The position numbers and the translations under genes were made by a program. A stretch of 64,000 nt of DNA. Origin: Alphaproteobacteria bacterium (GTDB taxonomy: Bacteria > Pseudomonadota > Alphaproteobacteria > GCA-2731375). A model generated the notes under the pieces. It searched no databases. It was not told the DNA's origin and saw only the letters and a program-made list of their open reading frames with translations. Each line of letters starts with the position of its first letter. The stretch's first letter is position 1. Below, piece after piece: positions 46,816 through 56,176 of this stretch. The stretch spans positions 1,040,406-1,104,405 of the forward strand of contig CBDDDJ010000005.1 in assembly GCA_965226475.1 (NCBI GenBank). The letters are read 5' to 3'.

Positions 46816-47117
46816 GGGTTGGCGAGCGCGGTGACATAAAACTCTAGCCGCACCCATTCGACGATGACGTCGACCAGACTGGACACGTCGAACTTCACAT
46901 AGGCGTATTGATTGTCGCCGTTCGCGTCGCGCCCGAAGCGCATCGTTTTGTCGGTGCCGTAATTTGTCGACGTGGTCGCCTGCGAGACCCAGGTGTCCTC
47001 GGTCGCCTTGAACGTTCGTTCCAGGGCCCGCGCCGGGGACGGCCAAGCCAGCACCACGAGGGGCGCGGCGAGAAGCAGCGATCGGAGGGCGGCGCGCGAT
47101 AGTTCGGAAAGCGTCAT
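46816..47117 (-). pseudogene. Large secreted multidomain protein gene, 5' segment (signal peptide plus start of a DNRLRE/CBM96-like domain)
   Basis: From ATG 47117 the signal peptide reads MTLSELSRAALRSLLLAAPLVVLAWPSPARA. It continues LERTFKATEDTWVSQATTSTNYGTDKTMRFGRDANGDNQYAYVKFDVSSL...EFYVTALANP and then runs into the IS256 end. Confidence 0.75.
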
Positions 47118-47808
47118 GAATTCCGCCGGCAAATGCTCGCGTCCAGACCCTCCCCGATCAGCCCGGACATGGAAGCGCGGAAGGCGCGAGATAGTCAAGA
47201 ATATCAATAACTCGTAATATTAACTGTGAGCCGATTCCTTTGGAAACCCGCGCCGGGGCCTCTCCCACGGACCCAAGCGCCTGCGTCGACCCGGCGGGCG
47301 GCGGCCACGGCGATATCCGGCGGCGCGATCCGGAGGTCGTGCTCGACGATGTGCTGGACGGCCCGCCTTCGCGGGCTCCGGGTACTGGCGCCGTCCGCGG
47401 ATGCAGACGATTACCGAGAGAGACCGAGGCGCCGAAAATCTCCGCGATGAGGTCCGCCGTCGTCGAGGGATAGCTCTCTGGGCGCACCGGTTCGATCAGT
47501 TGGGGAGTAGGTCTTGCCATGGCGCTTTGATTATCCGACAAACCTTTGAAAAATCGAGGTAAACCAAATTTCAGACGTCAAGGTTGCCGATTTGGACTGC
47601 CACTCCCGAGTTCCGGCTAAGCATCCGATATAATAAGGTTTTTCGCCCTATATCGGCGAGTGGCCGCCTATATTGGCGTGATGGTCTCATCGGTAGCGTG
47701 GGCAACAGGGTAAGGCCATGCCGACTTGACGCCAAAACCGTCCCCTCGCTCCCTCGCGTTCCTTGACGTATCCTCCATGCAATACCCGGCCACGAGGGAG
47801 AGAAAACC

Positions 47809-48600
47809 ATGACCCCAGGCGAGTCCCAGATCCGCAATCCCGCGAAGGAGAAACTGGCGAACGGCGGCGCGGCGCTGGCCTTCAACGTCTTCGAGAGCCT
47901 GCGACCCTCGGTGGCGAAGATCGTCGCCCAGCTCGGCTTCGACATTTTGTTCGTCGAGACCGAGCATATTTTTCACGACCCCGAGACGCTGACGATGTTC
48001 CTCGTGATGGCGCGCGACAACGGACTGACGCCGATCGTGACCATCCCCGTCGTCGATCGCGCGGACGTCTGCCGTCTGCTGGACGCGGGCGCGCTCGGCT
48101 TCTGCCTTTGTCACGCCGAGAGCGTCGAACAGGTCGAGGACCTGGTCCGGTTCGCCAAATATCAGCCCATCGGCGTGCGCGCCCTGGCGCATGGGCCGGG
48201 CGCCAGCTATTGGATCGAGGATTCCGCCAGCTACCGTGCGGCGGCGAACGAGGCGGTGCAGATCATCCTCAAGATCGAGTCGGCCGAGGGCGTGCGAAAC
48301 GTCGAGGCGATGATGGCGGTCGCGGGGGTCGATGCCATCGTCTTCGGCCCGGGCGATCTGGCGGCCGACATGGGCACGCCCGGCGGCTGGGACGATCCCG
48401 CGCTGCTGGCGGCGATGGAAGGCGTGATGGATGCGGCGCTCGCCCGGGGCATGGCGGTGGAGGCCGCGGTCGGTCCCCGCGACCATGACGAGTTCGAGGC
48501 GATGAAGGCGCGCGGCATCCAGATCTTCGGGCCGGCGCGGATGACCGAATACGACCACCTGCGCGCCGGCGCCACCCTGGCCTTGGCGCCGTTTCGTTGA
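47809..48600 (+). CDS. HpcH/HpaI aldolase / citrate-lyase-beta family protein
   Basis: This is a 263-aa ORF. Supporting segments are FDILFVETEHIFHD, KIESAEGVRNVEAM and VFGPGDLAADMG. Confidence 0.9.
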   Translation: MTPGESQIRNPAKEKLANGGAALAFNVFESLRPSVAKIVAQLGFDILFVETEHIFHDPETLTMFLVMARDNGLTPIVTIPVVDRADVCRLLDAGALGFCLCHAESVEQVEDLVRFAKYQPIGVRALAHGPGASYWIEDSASYRAAANEAVQIILKIESAEGVRNVEAMMAVAGVDAIVFGPGDLAADMGTPGGWDDPALLAAMEGVMDAALARGMAVEAAVGPRDHDEFEAMKARGIQIFGPARMTEYDHLRAGATLALAPFR

Positions 48601-48621
48601 GAGCGAGGGAAGGGTCATGAC

Positions 48622-49512
48622 ATGCAGCTGAACCGCTTCCTGGTTCGTCCCGCGATCCAGCGGGCGCTGGAGGAGGAGCTCTATCCGGGCGACACCACCG
48701 GTGGTTTCCTGGTCGACGATAGCCAGCCCGGCGAAGCGCAGATCTACGTCAAGGAGGCCGGCATCGCCTGTGGCCTGCTGATGGCCGACGAGACCGTCCG
48801 CATGCTGGATAGCGAGGCCGAGATCGAATGGCGGGTCCGCGACGGCGACCAGGTGGCGCCGGGCGACGTGCTGATGCAGGTCCGCACCAAGGCCTGGGTG
48901 CTGTTCTCGATCGAACGGGTGGCGCTGGACTGGATCCAGTACATGAGCGGCATCGCCACCAAGACCCGGCGCTACGTCGAACTGGTGCGGCCCTACGGCA
49001 CCCGCATCACCGACACCCGCAAGGGCGTTCCCGGAATTCGCCTGCTGCAGAAATACGCCGTCCGGATCGGCGGCGCCCACAACCACATCTTCGGCCTGCA
49101 GAACGCGATCCTGGTCAAGGACAACCACATCAAGGCGGCGGGTGGTCTGACGGCGGCGGTGCATATTCTGAAGGATCGCGCCCAACACACCTTCAAGATC
49201 GAGGTCGAATGCGAATCCCTCGATCAGGTCCGCGAGGCGCTCGAGGCCGGCGCGGACATCATCATGTTCGACAATATGACGCTTCCCGACATGAAGGCGG
49301 GGCTTGCCATCATCGACGGCCGGGTGCCGACCGAGGCGTCCGGCGGCATCACCGAGGAGACCATCGTCGGAATCGCCGCGACCGGGGTCGACATCATCTC
49401 CGTCGGCGCGCTGACCCACAGCGTGACCGTGATCGACGTCTCCATGGACATGGGCGAGATCAAGCCGAGCGCGCGCCGCGTCATCGCCGAGCGCCGCGCG
49501 GCCGGCGACTGA
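48622..49512 (+). CDS. Nicotinate-nucleotide pyrophosphorylase family protein (NadC/ModD-like phosphoribosyltransferase)
   Basis: This is a 296-aa ORF. Supporting segments are ERVALDWIQYMSGIATKT, TDTRKGVPGIRLLQKYAVRIGGAHNHIFGL, LVKDNHI, IEVECESL, IMFDNM and EASGGI. It deviates from the canonical TRKT and NHR motifs. Confidence 0.8.
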   Translation: MQLNRFLVRPAIQRALEEELYPGDTTGGFLVDDSQPGEAQIYVKEAGIACGLLMADETVRMLDSEAEIEWRVRDGDQVAPGDVLMQVRTKAWVLFSIERVALDWIQYMSGIATKTRRYVELVRPYGTRITDTRKGVPGIRLLQKYAVRIGGAHNHIFGLQNAILVKDNHIKAAGGLTAAVHILKDRAQHTFKIEVECESLDQVREALEAGADIIMFDNMTLPDMKAGLAIIDGRVPTEASGGITEETIVGIAATGVDIISVGALTHSVTVIDVSMDMGEIKPSARRVIAERRAAGD

Positions 49513-49526
49513 CGGCCGGCTGGGCC

Positions 49527-50255
49527 ATGGCGAAATCCAAGCCGTTGATCGCCGCCGGCGCGGGCATCATCCCCGCCCTCGACGTCGACGACCTGGACCG
49601 CATGCGCCGGATCGTCGAGGCGACGGCGCCGGTCGAGGGCGTCGTCGGCTACAAGCTCGGCGCGGTGGTGGCGCTCCGCCATGGCCTCTCGCGCGCGATC
49701 GCCGTGGTGCGCGAGATCTCCGATCTGCCCGTGCTTTACGACCACCAGAAGGCGGGAACCGACATCCCCTCGATGTCGGACGGCTTCACCAAGGTCTGCC
49801 GCGACGCGGGCGCCGACGGGCTGGTACTGTTCCCGCTCGCCGGCCGCGAGGCGGTGCGCCAGTTCGCGCGGCGGACGATGGCCCGCGGCATGACGCCGCT
49901 GGTCGGCGGCGAGCTGCCCTATCCCGAGTATCGCGCCCGCCACGGCGGCTTCGTCCATGACGGCGCCCTGTCGCGCATCCTGGAGGAGGCGACGAGCGTC
50001 GGCGTCGACCATGTAATCGTGCCGGCCAACGATCCGAAAAATATTCGCCGCCAGGTCCGAATGGTCCGCCGCCACGTCGAGGCGCCCTGGGTGTTCCTGC
50101 CGGGTATCGGCGCGCTCGGCGGCGGCATCGACGAAGCTTTCGCCGCCGCCGACGGGTGCCGGCGCTATGCCATCATAGGCCGCGCCATCCTGCGGGCGCG
50201 GCGCCCCGCCACGATGGCGAAGCGTTTCGCCGAGGAAGCGATGAAATACGCATGA
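49527..50255 (+). CDS. Orotidine-5'-phosphate-decarboxylase-fold protein
   Basis: It starts at ATG 49527 and encodes 242 aa. Supporting segments are IIPALDVDDLDRMRRIVE...GYKLG and LYDHQKAGTDIP (DxKxxxD-like). It lies inside a longer track ORF that is in another frame upstream. Confidence 0.7.
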   Translation: MAKSKPLIAAGAGIIPALDVDDLDRMRRIVEATAPVEGVVGYKLGAVVALRHGLSRAIAVVREISDLPVLYDHQKAGTDIPSMSDGFTKVCRDAGADGLVLFPLAGREAVRQFARRTMARGMTPLVGGELPYPEYRARHGGFVHDGALSRILEEATSVGVDHVIVPANDPKNIRRQVRMVRRHVEAPWVFLPGIGALGGGIDEAFAAADGCRRYAIIGRAILRARRPATMAKRFAEEAMKYA

Positions 50256-50277
50256 CGGCGAAGGGGAGAAAGGGGGC

Positions 50278-51537
50278 ATGACTTGGGCGGTCGTCGGCGG
50301 CACGTTGTTCGATGGAAGCGGCCGGGACCCGGTCGCCGACGGCGTCGTGGTGATCGAGGGAGAGCGAATCGTGGCCGCCGGGCCGGCAAGCGCGGTGGCG
50401 CTGCCCGCGGGCAGCGATATCATCGATGCCCGGGGCGGCACGATCCTCCCCGGGTTTGTCGATTGCCACCTGCATTGCGCCTACCGGGCGCGCGATTATG
50501 GCTCGCATCTGAAGAACCATCCGACCTACAACATCTTCCGCTCTCAACAGTTGATGAAGGCGACGCTCGATTGCGGCGTCACCACGGCGCGCGATACCGG
50601 CGGGGCCGACGCCGGATTCCGCCAGGCGATCGCCGACGAGATCGTGCCGGGTCCGCGCCTGCAGGTCGCGATCGGCATGATCAGCCAGAGCGGCGGGCAC
50701 GGCGACGTCTTCGTCCCGGCCGGCTTCCCGGTGCCCAAGCGGGTCTGGCTGCCCAACAACATCGCCGACGGCGTCGACGGCATGCGCCGGGTCTGCCGCG
50801 AGTTCCTGATGCGGGGCGCCGATTTCCTCAAGGTCTGCACCACCGGCGGCGTCACCTCCCTCACCGACGATTACGACGAGGTCCAGTTCAGCGTCGAGGA
50901 GATCGCCACCGCCGTCGCCGAAGCCGAGGCCAAGGGCACCTACGTGGCGGTCCATGCCGAAGGCCTGCGGGGGATCAAGAACGCGCTTGCCGCCGGCGCC
51001 CGCTCGATCGAGCACGGCTGGTTCCTGGACGAGGAATGCATCGACACCATGCTCGGCCACAGCACCTGGTGGATCCCGACCCTGGCGCTGATCCCGGAAG
51101 GCCACAAGCGGCGCCGGCATGACGCGGACTGGGCGGGCCAGGAGCTGGCCGACGAGGGCGGCAAGGAGGCCCGCATCATGCCCGGCCTCGAAGCTCAGAT
51201 CCCGCTCTTCAAGGAGGCAGTCAGCCGGGGCGTCAAAATCGCCATGGGGACGGACCAATCGCACCGCTTGCTCACCGGCGAGAACCTGGTCGAGCTCGGC
51301 TACATGGTCGACTACCTCGGCATGACGGAGATGCAGGCGATCGTCGCCGCCACCTCGACGGCGGCCGAATTTTTGGGCTACCCGGACCTCGGCCGCCTGG
51401 AGGCCGGCGCCCTGGCCGACGTCGTGGTCTTCGACGGCGATCCGCTCGCCGACATCTGGAGCCTGGCCGAGGCCGAGCGCATGCGCCTGGTCGCCAAGGC
51501 CGGCCGGATCCACAAAAACACGCTTCAGGACGCGTGA
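50278..51537 (+). CDS. Amidohydrolase family protein (metal-dependent, imidazolonepropionase/prolidase-like)
   Basis: This is a 419-aa ORF. Supporting segments are GFVDCHLHC, VAVHAEG, IEHG and GTDQS. Confidence 0.85.
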   Translation: MTWAVVGGTLFDGSGRDPVADGVVVIEGERIVAAGPASAVALPAGSDIIDARGGTILPGFVDCHLHCAYRARDYGSHLKNHPTYNIFRSQQLMKATLDCGVTTARDTGGADAGFRQAIADEIVPGPRLQVAIGMISQSGGHGDVFVPAGFPVPKRVWLPNNIADGVDGMRRVCREFLMRGADFLKVCTTGGVTSLTDDYDEVQFSVEEIATAVAEAEAKGTYVAVHAEGLRGIKNALAAGARSIEHGWFLDEECIDTMLGHSTWWIPTLALIPEGHKRRRHDADWAGQELADEGGKEARIMPGLEAQIPLFKEAVSRGVKIAMGTDQSHRLLTGENLVELGYMVDYLGMTEMQAIVAATSTAAEFLGYPDLGRLEAGALADVVVFDGDPLADIWSLAEAERMRLVAKAGRIHKNTLQDA

Positions 51538-51551
51538 GGGAAGGACAAGAG

Positions 51552-51929
51552 ATGACCGACGCGACGACCACGGCCCCGGGCCGGAGCTTCGAGCCCATCC
51601 CCCTCGACTTCGACAAGATGGGCGGCCTGGTGCCCTGCGTGGTGCAGCATGCCTATACCCGCGAGGTGCTGATGGTGGGCTTCATGGACCAGGAAGCGTG
51701 GCGGCAAAGCTGCGAGGATGGCCTGTTGACGCTCTATCGCCGCACCCTCGGGCGGGTCTGGCGGATGGGGGAGGAGGACGGCAAGTTCGTCCGCATTTCC
51801 CGCGTCCTGGTCGATTGCGACGACGATACCGTGGTCTTCGAAACCGTGCCCGAGCACCCGGTCTGCGGCAAGGGTTACCTCAGCTGCTTCTACCGCGAGG
51901 TCCCCGCCGCGGTCGACGGCGAGCACTGA
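51552..51929 (+). CDS. Phosphoribosyl-AMP cyclohydrolase (HisI)-like protein, stand-alone
   Basis: It starts at ATG 51552. Supporting segments are GLVPCVVQHAYTREVLMVGFMDQEAW, VLVDCDDDTVVFE and CGKGYLSCFY. No HisE part and no other his genes are nearby. Confidence 0.8.
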   Translation: MTDATTTAPGRSFEPIPLDFDKMGGLVPCVVQHAYTREVLMVGFMDQEAWRQSCEDGLLTLYRRTLGRVWRMGEEDGKFVRISRVLVDCDDDTVVFETVPEHPVCGKGYLSCFYREVPAAVDGEH

Positions 51930-51953
51930 GCCATCAGGTGGCCACACCGCACT

Positions 51954-52072
51954 CGTCATCGCGAGTGAGCGAAGCGAGCGTGGCGATCCAGGTGGCCCCT
52001 ATCACATGCGAGATCGTTGACGCCGTTCACGCGGCCCTGGTTCGCCGCGGCGCTCCGCGCCTCGCGATAACG
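51954..52072. repeat. REPIN-like palindromic doublet, copy 1
   Basis: The left arm is CGTCATCGCGAGTGAGCGAAGCGAGCGTGGCGATCCAGG. The right arm is the reverse complement of CGTTATCGCGAGGCGCGGAGCGCCGCGGCGAACCAGG. It is intergenic, between the hisI-like gene and the convergent livF. Confidence 0.7.
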
Positions 52073-52108
52073 GAGACCTAAACGCCTTTCCCGCCGAAAG
52101 GGCAGCCG

Positions 52109-52805
<697 letters not shown>

Positions 52806-52813
<8 letters not shown>

Positions 52814-53519
52814 AGGCGGCGCCTAGATAGGATTCGATCACGCGAGGATTTCCCTGGATCTCGTCCGGCGTGCCCTCGGCGATCTTGGCGCCGAGATGCA
52901 GCGCCAGCACCCGGTCGGCCAGGCTCATCAAGACCTGCATGTTGTGTTCGATCAAGATGATGGTGACGCCTTCCTCGCGCAGGCGTCGGACCAGGTCGAT
53001 CAGGCCGGGAATACTTCGCTGGTCGACCCCACCGGTGACCTCGTCCAGCAGCAGATAGCGCGGCCGGGTCGCCATGGCGCGGGCCATCTCCAGCCGCTTA
53101 CGCTGGCCGGTGGAGAGCACGTTGGCATAGGCGCGGCGCTTGTCGAGCAGGCCGACGAAGTCGAGCGCTTCGAGCGCGCTGCCGCGGGCGCGGCGCATGT
53201 CGGCGGTGTGCTGCATCACGCCGACCATCACGTTCTCCTCGACGCTCATCTTCTGAAACGGCTTCAGCTTCTGGAAGGTCCGCGAGATGCCGAGATGGTT
53301 GATCTGGTCGCTCCGCAGGCGCAGCAGCGAGTTGCCGTCGAGCCGGATATCGCCCGAGTCGGGCTGCAGGAAGCCGCTGATCAACTCGAACAGCGTCGAC
53401 TTGCCGGCGCCGTTCGGGCCGATAACGCCGAGGATCTCGCCCGGACCGACGGAGAAGTCGACGGCGTCGTTCGCCACCAGGCCGCCGAAGTGTTTGGTGA
53501 GGGCGCTCACTTCAAGCAT
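52806..53519 (-). CDS. Branched-chain-amino-acid-type ABC transporter ATP-binding protein (LivG-like)
   Basis: This is a 237-aa ORF. Supporting segments are GPNGAGKSTLF, LSTGQRKRLE and LLLDEVTGG. It overlaps livF-like by 8 nt. Confidence 0.9.
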
Positions 53520-54567
53520 CGGATTTTCCGTGCAGGATCCGGCGCACCAGGCCGATCAGCCCCTGGGGATAGAGCAGCGAAATGGCGATGATCATAATAC
53601 CGTAGATCATCAGGTCCTCGGCCCCGCCGGTGCCGCCGAGGTAGGCCCGGGTCAGCTCCGAAATCGGGAACAGGATCGCCGCGCCGATGATCGGCCCCCA
53701 GAGCGTGCCGAGCCCGCCCAGCATCGTCATCAACACCACCAGGATCGAAAGCAGCAGCGGGAACACGGTCTCCGGGTCGATCACCAGGACGTACTGGGCG
53801 AACTGGGTGCCGGCGATCGAGGTGAAGGCGGCCGAAAGCATGATCGCCAGCAGCTTGTAGCGGGTGAGGTTGACTCCGAGGCTTCTGGCCGCGTCCGGAT
53901 CCTCGCGGATGGCGCGGAAATAGAGACCGGCCTTCGAGCGATTCAGCCAGGCGATCAGCGCCGTGGCGGCGACCAGGAAGGCGAGCGCGATGTAGTAGTT
54001 CGGCAGCTTGTTGTCGTGGAACTGGAAGCTGTACCAGGGGCTTTCGCGATCGATCGGAATCCAGATTCCCGTGGCCCCGCCGATATGCTCCCAATTCAGC
54101 GCGATGGTGCGGCAGATCTCGCCGATCACCAGGGTGGCGATGGCGAAATAGTGGCCGCGCAGCCGGAAGGTCGGCAATCCCATCAGCAGAGCCACGACGA
54201 CCGAGATCACCATCCCCACCCCCATGCCGATCCAGGGCGTGATGCCGTGGTTGGCGTAGAAGTAGGAGGCGCTGTAGGCGCCGATGCCGAAGAAGATCGC
54301 CTGGCCGAGCGAGATCTGGCCGCAATAGCCGGCGAGCAAGTTCCAGCCCTGGGCCATCAAGCCGTAGATGAAGACCATCACCAGGATGTGGCGCTGGTAG
54401 GGCTCGAACAGGACGTGGGGATAAAGCAGGACGAAGAGGCCGACGACGGTGAGCGCCGCAAACTGGCGCCAGTCGAGCGGCGGGCGCAGCGGCTCGGCGC
54501 GCGCCGCGTCCAGCTCACCGCTGTCTTGCATGCCGATCGCCCGGCTGGAGATCGTCGTCTCTGCCAT
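53512..54567 (-). CDS. Branched-chain-amino-acid-type ABC transporter permease (LivM-like)
   Basis: This is a 351-aa polytopic ORF. Supporting segments are GYCGQISLGQAIFFGIGAY and RSLGVN. Confidence 0.9.
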   Translation of the reverse strand: MAETTISSRAIGMQDSGELDAARAEPLRPPLDWRQFAALTVVGLFVLLYPHVLFEPYQRHILVMVFIYGLMAQGWNLLAGYCGQISLGQAIFFGIGAYSASYFYANHGITPWIGMGVGMVISVVVALLMGLPTFRLRGHYFAIATLVIGEICRTIALNWEHIGGATGIWIPIDRESPWYSFQFHDNKLPNYYIALAFLVAATALIAWLNRSKAGLYFRAIREDPDAARSLGVNLTRYKLLAIMLSAAFTSIAGTQFAQYVLVIDPETVFPLLLSILVVLMTMLGGLGTLWGPIIGAAILFPISELTRAYLGGTGGAEDLMIYGIMIIAISLLYPQGLIGLVRRILHGKSDA

Positions 54568-54607
54568 CAGAACGCCTCCCCATCGGATGGAATCGCGATC
54601 GGCTCCA

Positions 54608-54690
54608 CGTCTTCGCGAGCGAAGCGTGGCGATCCGGGACCGCGTGAAAAGCGTCTCCGACCTCGCGCGCCTTGCTCGCTCGCGATGACG
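54608..54690. repeat. REPIN-like palindromic doublet, copy 2 (inside the liv operon spacer)
   Basis: The left arm is CGTCTTCGCGAGCGAAGCGTGGCGATCCGGG. The right arm is the reverse complement of CGTCATCGCGAGCGAGCAAGGCGCGCG. It occupies most of the 158-bp livH-livM gap. Confidence 0.65.
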
Positions 54691-54725
54691 GGGATGGGGC
54701 GGACACTCAGCGACCGGATCATGGT

Positions 54726-55592
54726 CTAGAACTTCCCGAAGAGGCCGGCCGGCCGGGTCAGCACGATCAGGAGATACATGCCGAAGACGATGGCGTATTT
54801 ATAGGCCGGCTGGAACAACAGGCCGCCGACCGACTCCACCAGGCCGACCAGCAGTCCGGCGACCAGCGCGCCGAGCAAGCTGCCAAAGCCGCCCATCGCC
54901 ACGGTCACGTAGGCGATCAGCGCGAACAACAGGCCGCTCTCGGGCTCGACCGGGTAATAGCTGGTGAGCAGCACGCCCGCGACCGCGACGCAGGAGGCGC
55001 CGACGCCCCAGCCGAGGGCGTACATCCGCTGGGTGTGGATGCCCATGACGGAGGCCGCCTCGCGGTCCTGCGCCGTCGCCTCGAGCGCGACACCGGTCTC
55101 GGTGTGGTTGATGAAGAGGTAAAGCGCGCCGAAGGCCAGCACGCAGCCGAGCGCCGCCACCATCTGCGGCACGCCGAGGTACAAACCCAAGATCTCCAGC
55201 CGGCCGCTGACGATCGGATCATGGATCATGCGGAAGTCGGCCGTCCAGAGGAACTGCGCCAGGCTGCGCAGGAAGATCGAGAGGCCGAAGGTCGCCGTGA
55301 TCTGCACCAGCATCGGCGCGTGCAGGATATGGCGGATGATGCCGTAGTGGGTCGCGACGCCCAAGATGAACAGCATCACGATCACCGCCGGCAGCGAGAA
55401 CAGCGGATCCATGCCGAAGGCGACGTAGCACCAGAAGGCGGCATACATCGCCAGCATGAGGAATTCGCCGTGGGCGAAGTTGACGATCTCCATCAGGCCG
55501 AAGATCAGGCTCAGCCCCGCCGCGACGAGGGCATAGATGAAGCCCAGCAACAGGCCACTGATCACGGTTTGCAGGATGATCTCGAAGGTCAT
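54726..55592 (-). CDS. Branched-chain-amino-acid-type ABC transporter permease (LivH-like)
   Basis: The start is placed at ATG 55592 (MTFEIILQTVISGLLLGFIYALVAAGLSLIFGLMEIVNFAHGEF). The protein is 288 aa. Confidence 0.9.
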   Translation of the reverse strand: MTFEIILQTVISGLLLGFIYALVAAGLSLIFGLMEIVNFAHGEFLMLAMYAAFWCYVAFGMDPLFSLPAVIVMLFILGVATHYGIIRHILHAPMLVQITATFGLSIFLRSLAQFLWTADFRMIHDPIVSGRLEILGLYLGVPQMVAALGCVLAFGALYLFINHTETGVALEATAQDREAASVMGIHTQRMYALGWGVGASCVAVAGVLLTSYYPVEPESGLLFALIAYVTVAMGGFGSLLGALVAGLLVGLVESVGGLLFQPAYKYAIVFGMYLLIVLTRPAGLFGKF

Positions 55593-55639
55593 GATTAGAC
55601 GCGCGCGATCGGCGGCGATCCGCCAGGGGACCACCCCCC

Positions 55640-56004
55640 AGTCGGATATGCACCAGGACAGGACATAGGGCGATCATAGGCAAGGGGTCGCGCGCTTGTC
55701 CATGGCCACGGTCCGGGAAAGCCGACCGAACGCGGGGTACCGGCGCGCGGTGTCATTCCCACCGCTTCGGCGCGCCGGCCGCCGGCACCGCCGCGAGGCG
55801 CGACCGCCGCCACCAGGATCAGATGAACGTGGTTCCCCATCGGGCGGTAGGCCCGGCAGGCCCCGCCCGCCCGCGGGCCTCGGCCAGCGGCTCGAAATAG
55901 ACCCGGCGGTCCGCACCCTCGTGGAGTGTCTCCATTCGCCGGACGCCGCGCCGCTTCACATGAAGCGCCTCGCCCAAAACCACCACCCGCGCCATCGGTG
56001 CCAT
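55640..56004 (-). pseudogene. Decayed IS200-like Y1 (HUH) transposase / RAYT-like gene
   Basis: Three blocks lie in three frames: MAPMARVVVLGEALHVKRRGVRRMETLHEGADRRVYFEPLAEARGRAG, then CRAYRPMGNHVHLILV (HUH = HVH), then TARRYPAFGRLSRTVAMDKRA. Their order matches the Y1 family layout. At least two frame changes are needed, and the C-terminal part is not recognisable. Confidence 0.55.
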
Positions 56005-56176
56005 GGGCGAAGACCAGGGGAAAGCCGGCACGAGATCGAGAAATCGGTAACTGTCTCGTTCCCGGAATACCCCGCGCTTGTCGCGGCGGTCTGGGCCGCG
56101 CCAACACCTTCAATGGCCGTCTCCAAGGCGGCTCGATCGATCTTTCCGCCGACGTGGGACGGTTTTTATTGTTCCG

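Noticed and set aside
47158-47541. A 127-aa minus-strand ORF between the large secreted protein gene and the aldolase operon. Its first ~45 residues (MARPTPQLIEPVRPESYPSTTADLIAEIFGASVSLGNRLHPRTA) look protein-like, vaguely like a Fic-type N-terminus.
   Set aside because: The remainder is Ser/Pro/Gly/Arg low-complexity sequence, and I cannot support a family assignment. It is possibly a decayed gene fragment, but not callable.
52081-52105. A possible Rho-independent terminator for the liv operon (gccctttcggcgggaaaggcgttt on the minus strand).
   Set aside because: The stem is short and imperfect and the T tract has only three residues. It is too weak to call.
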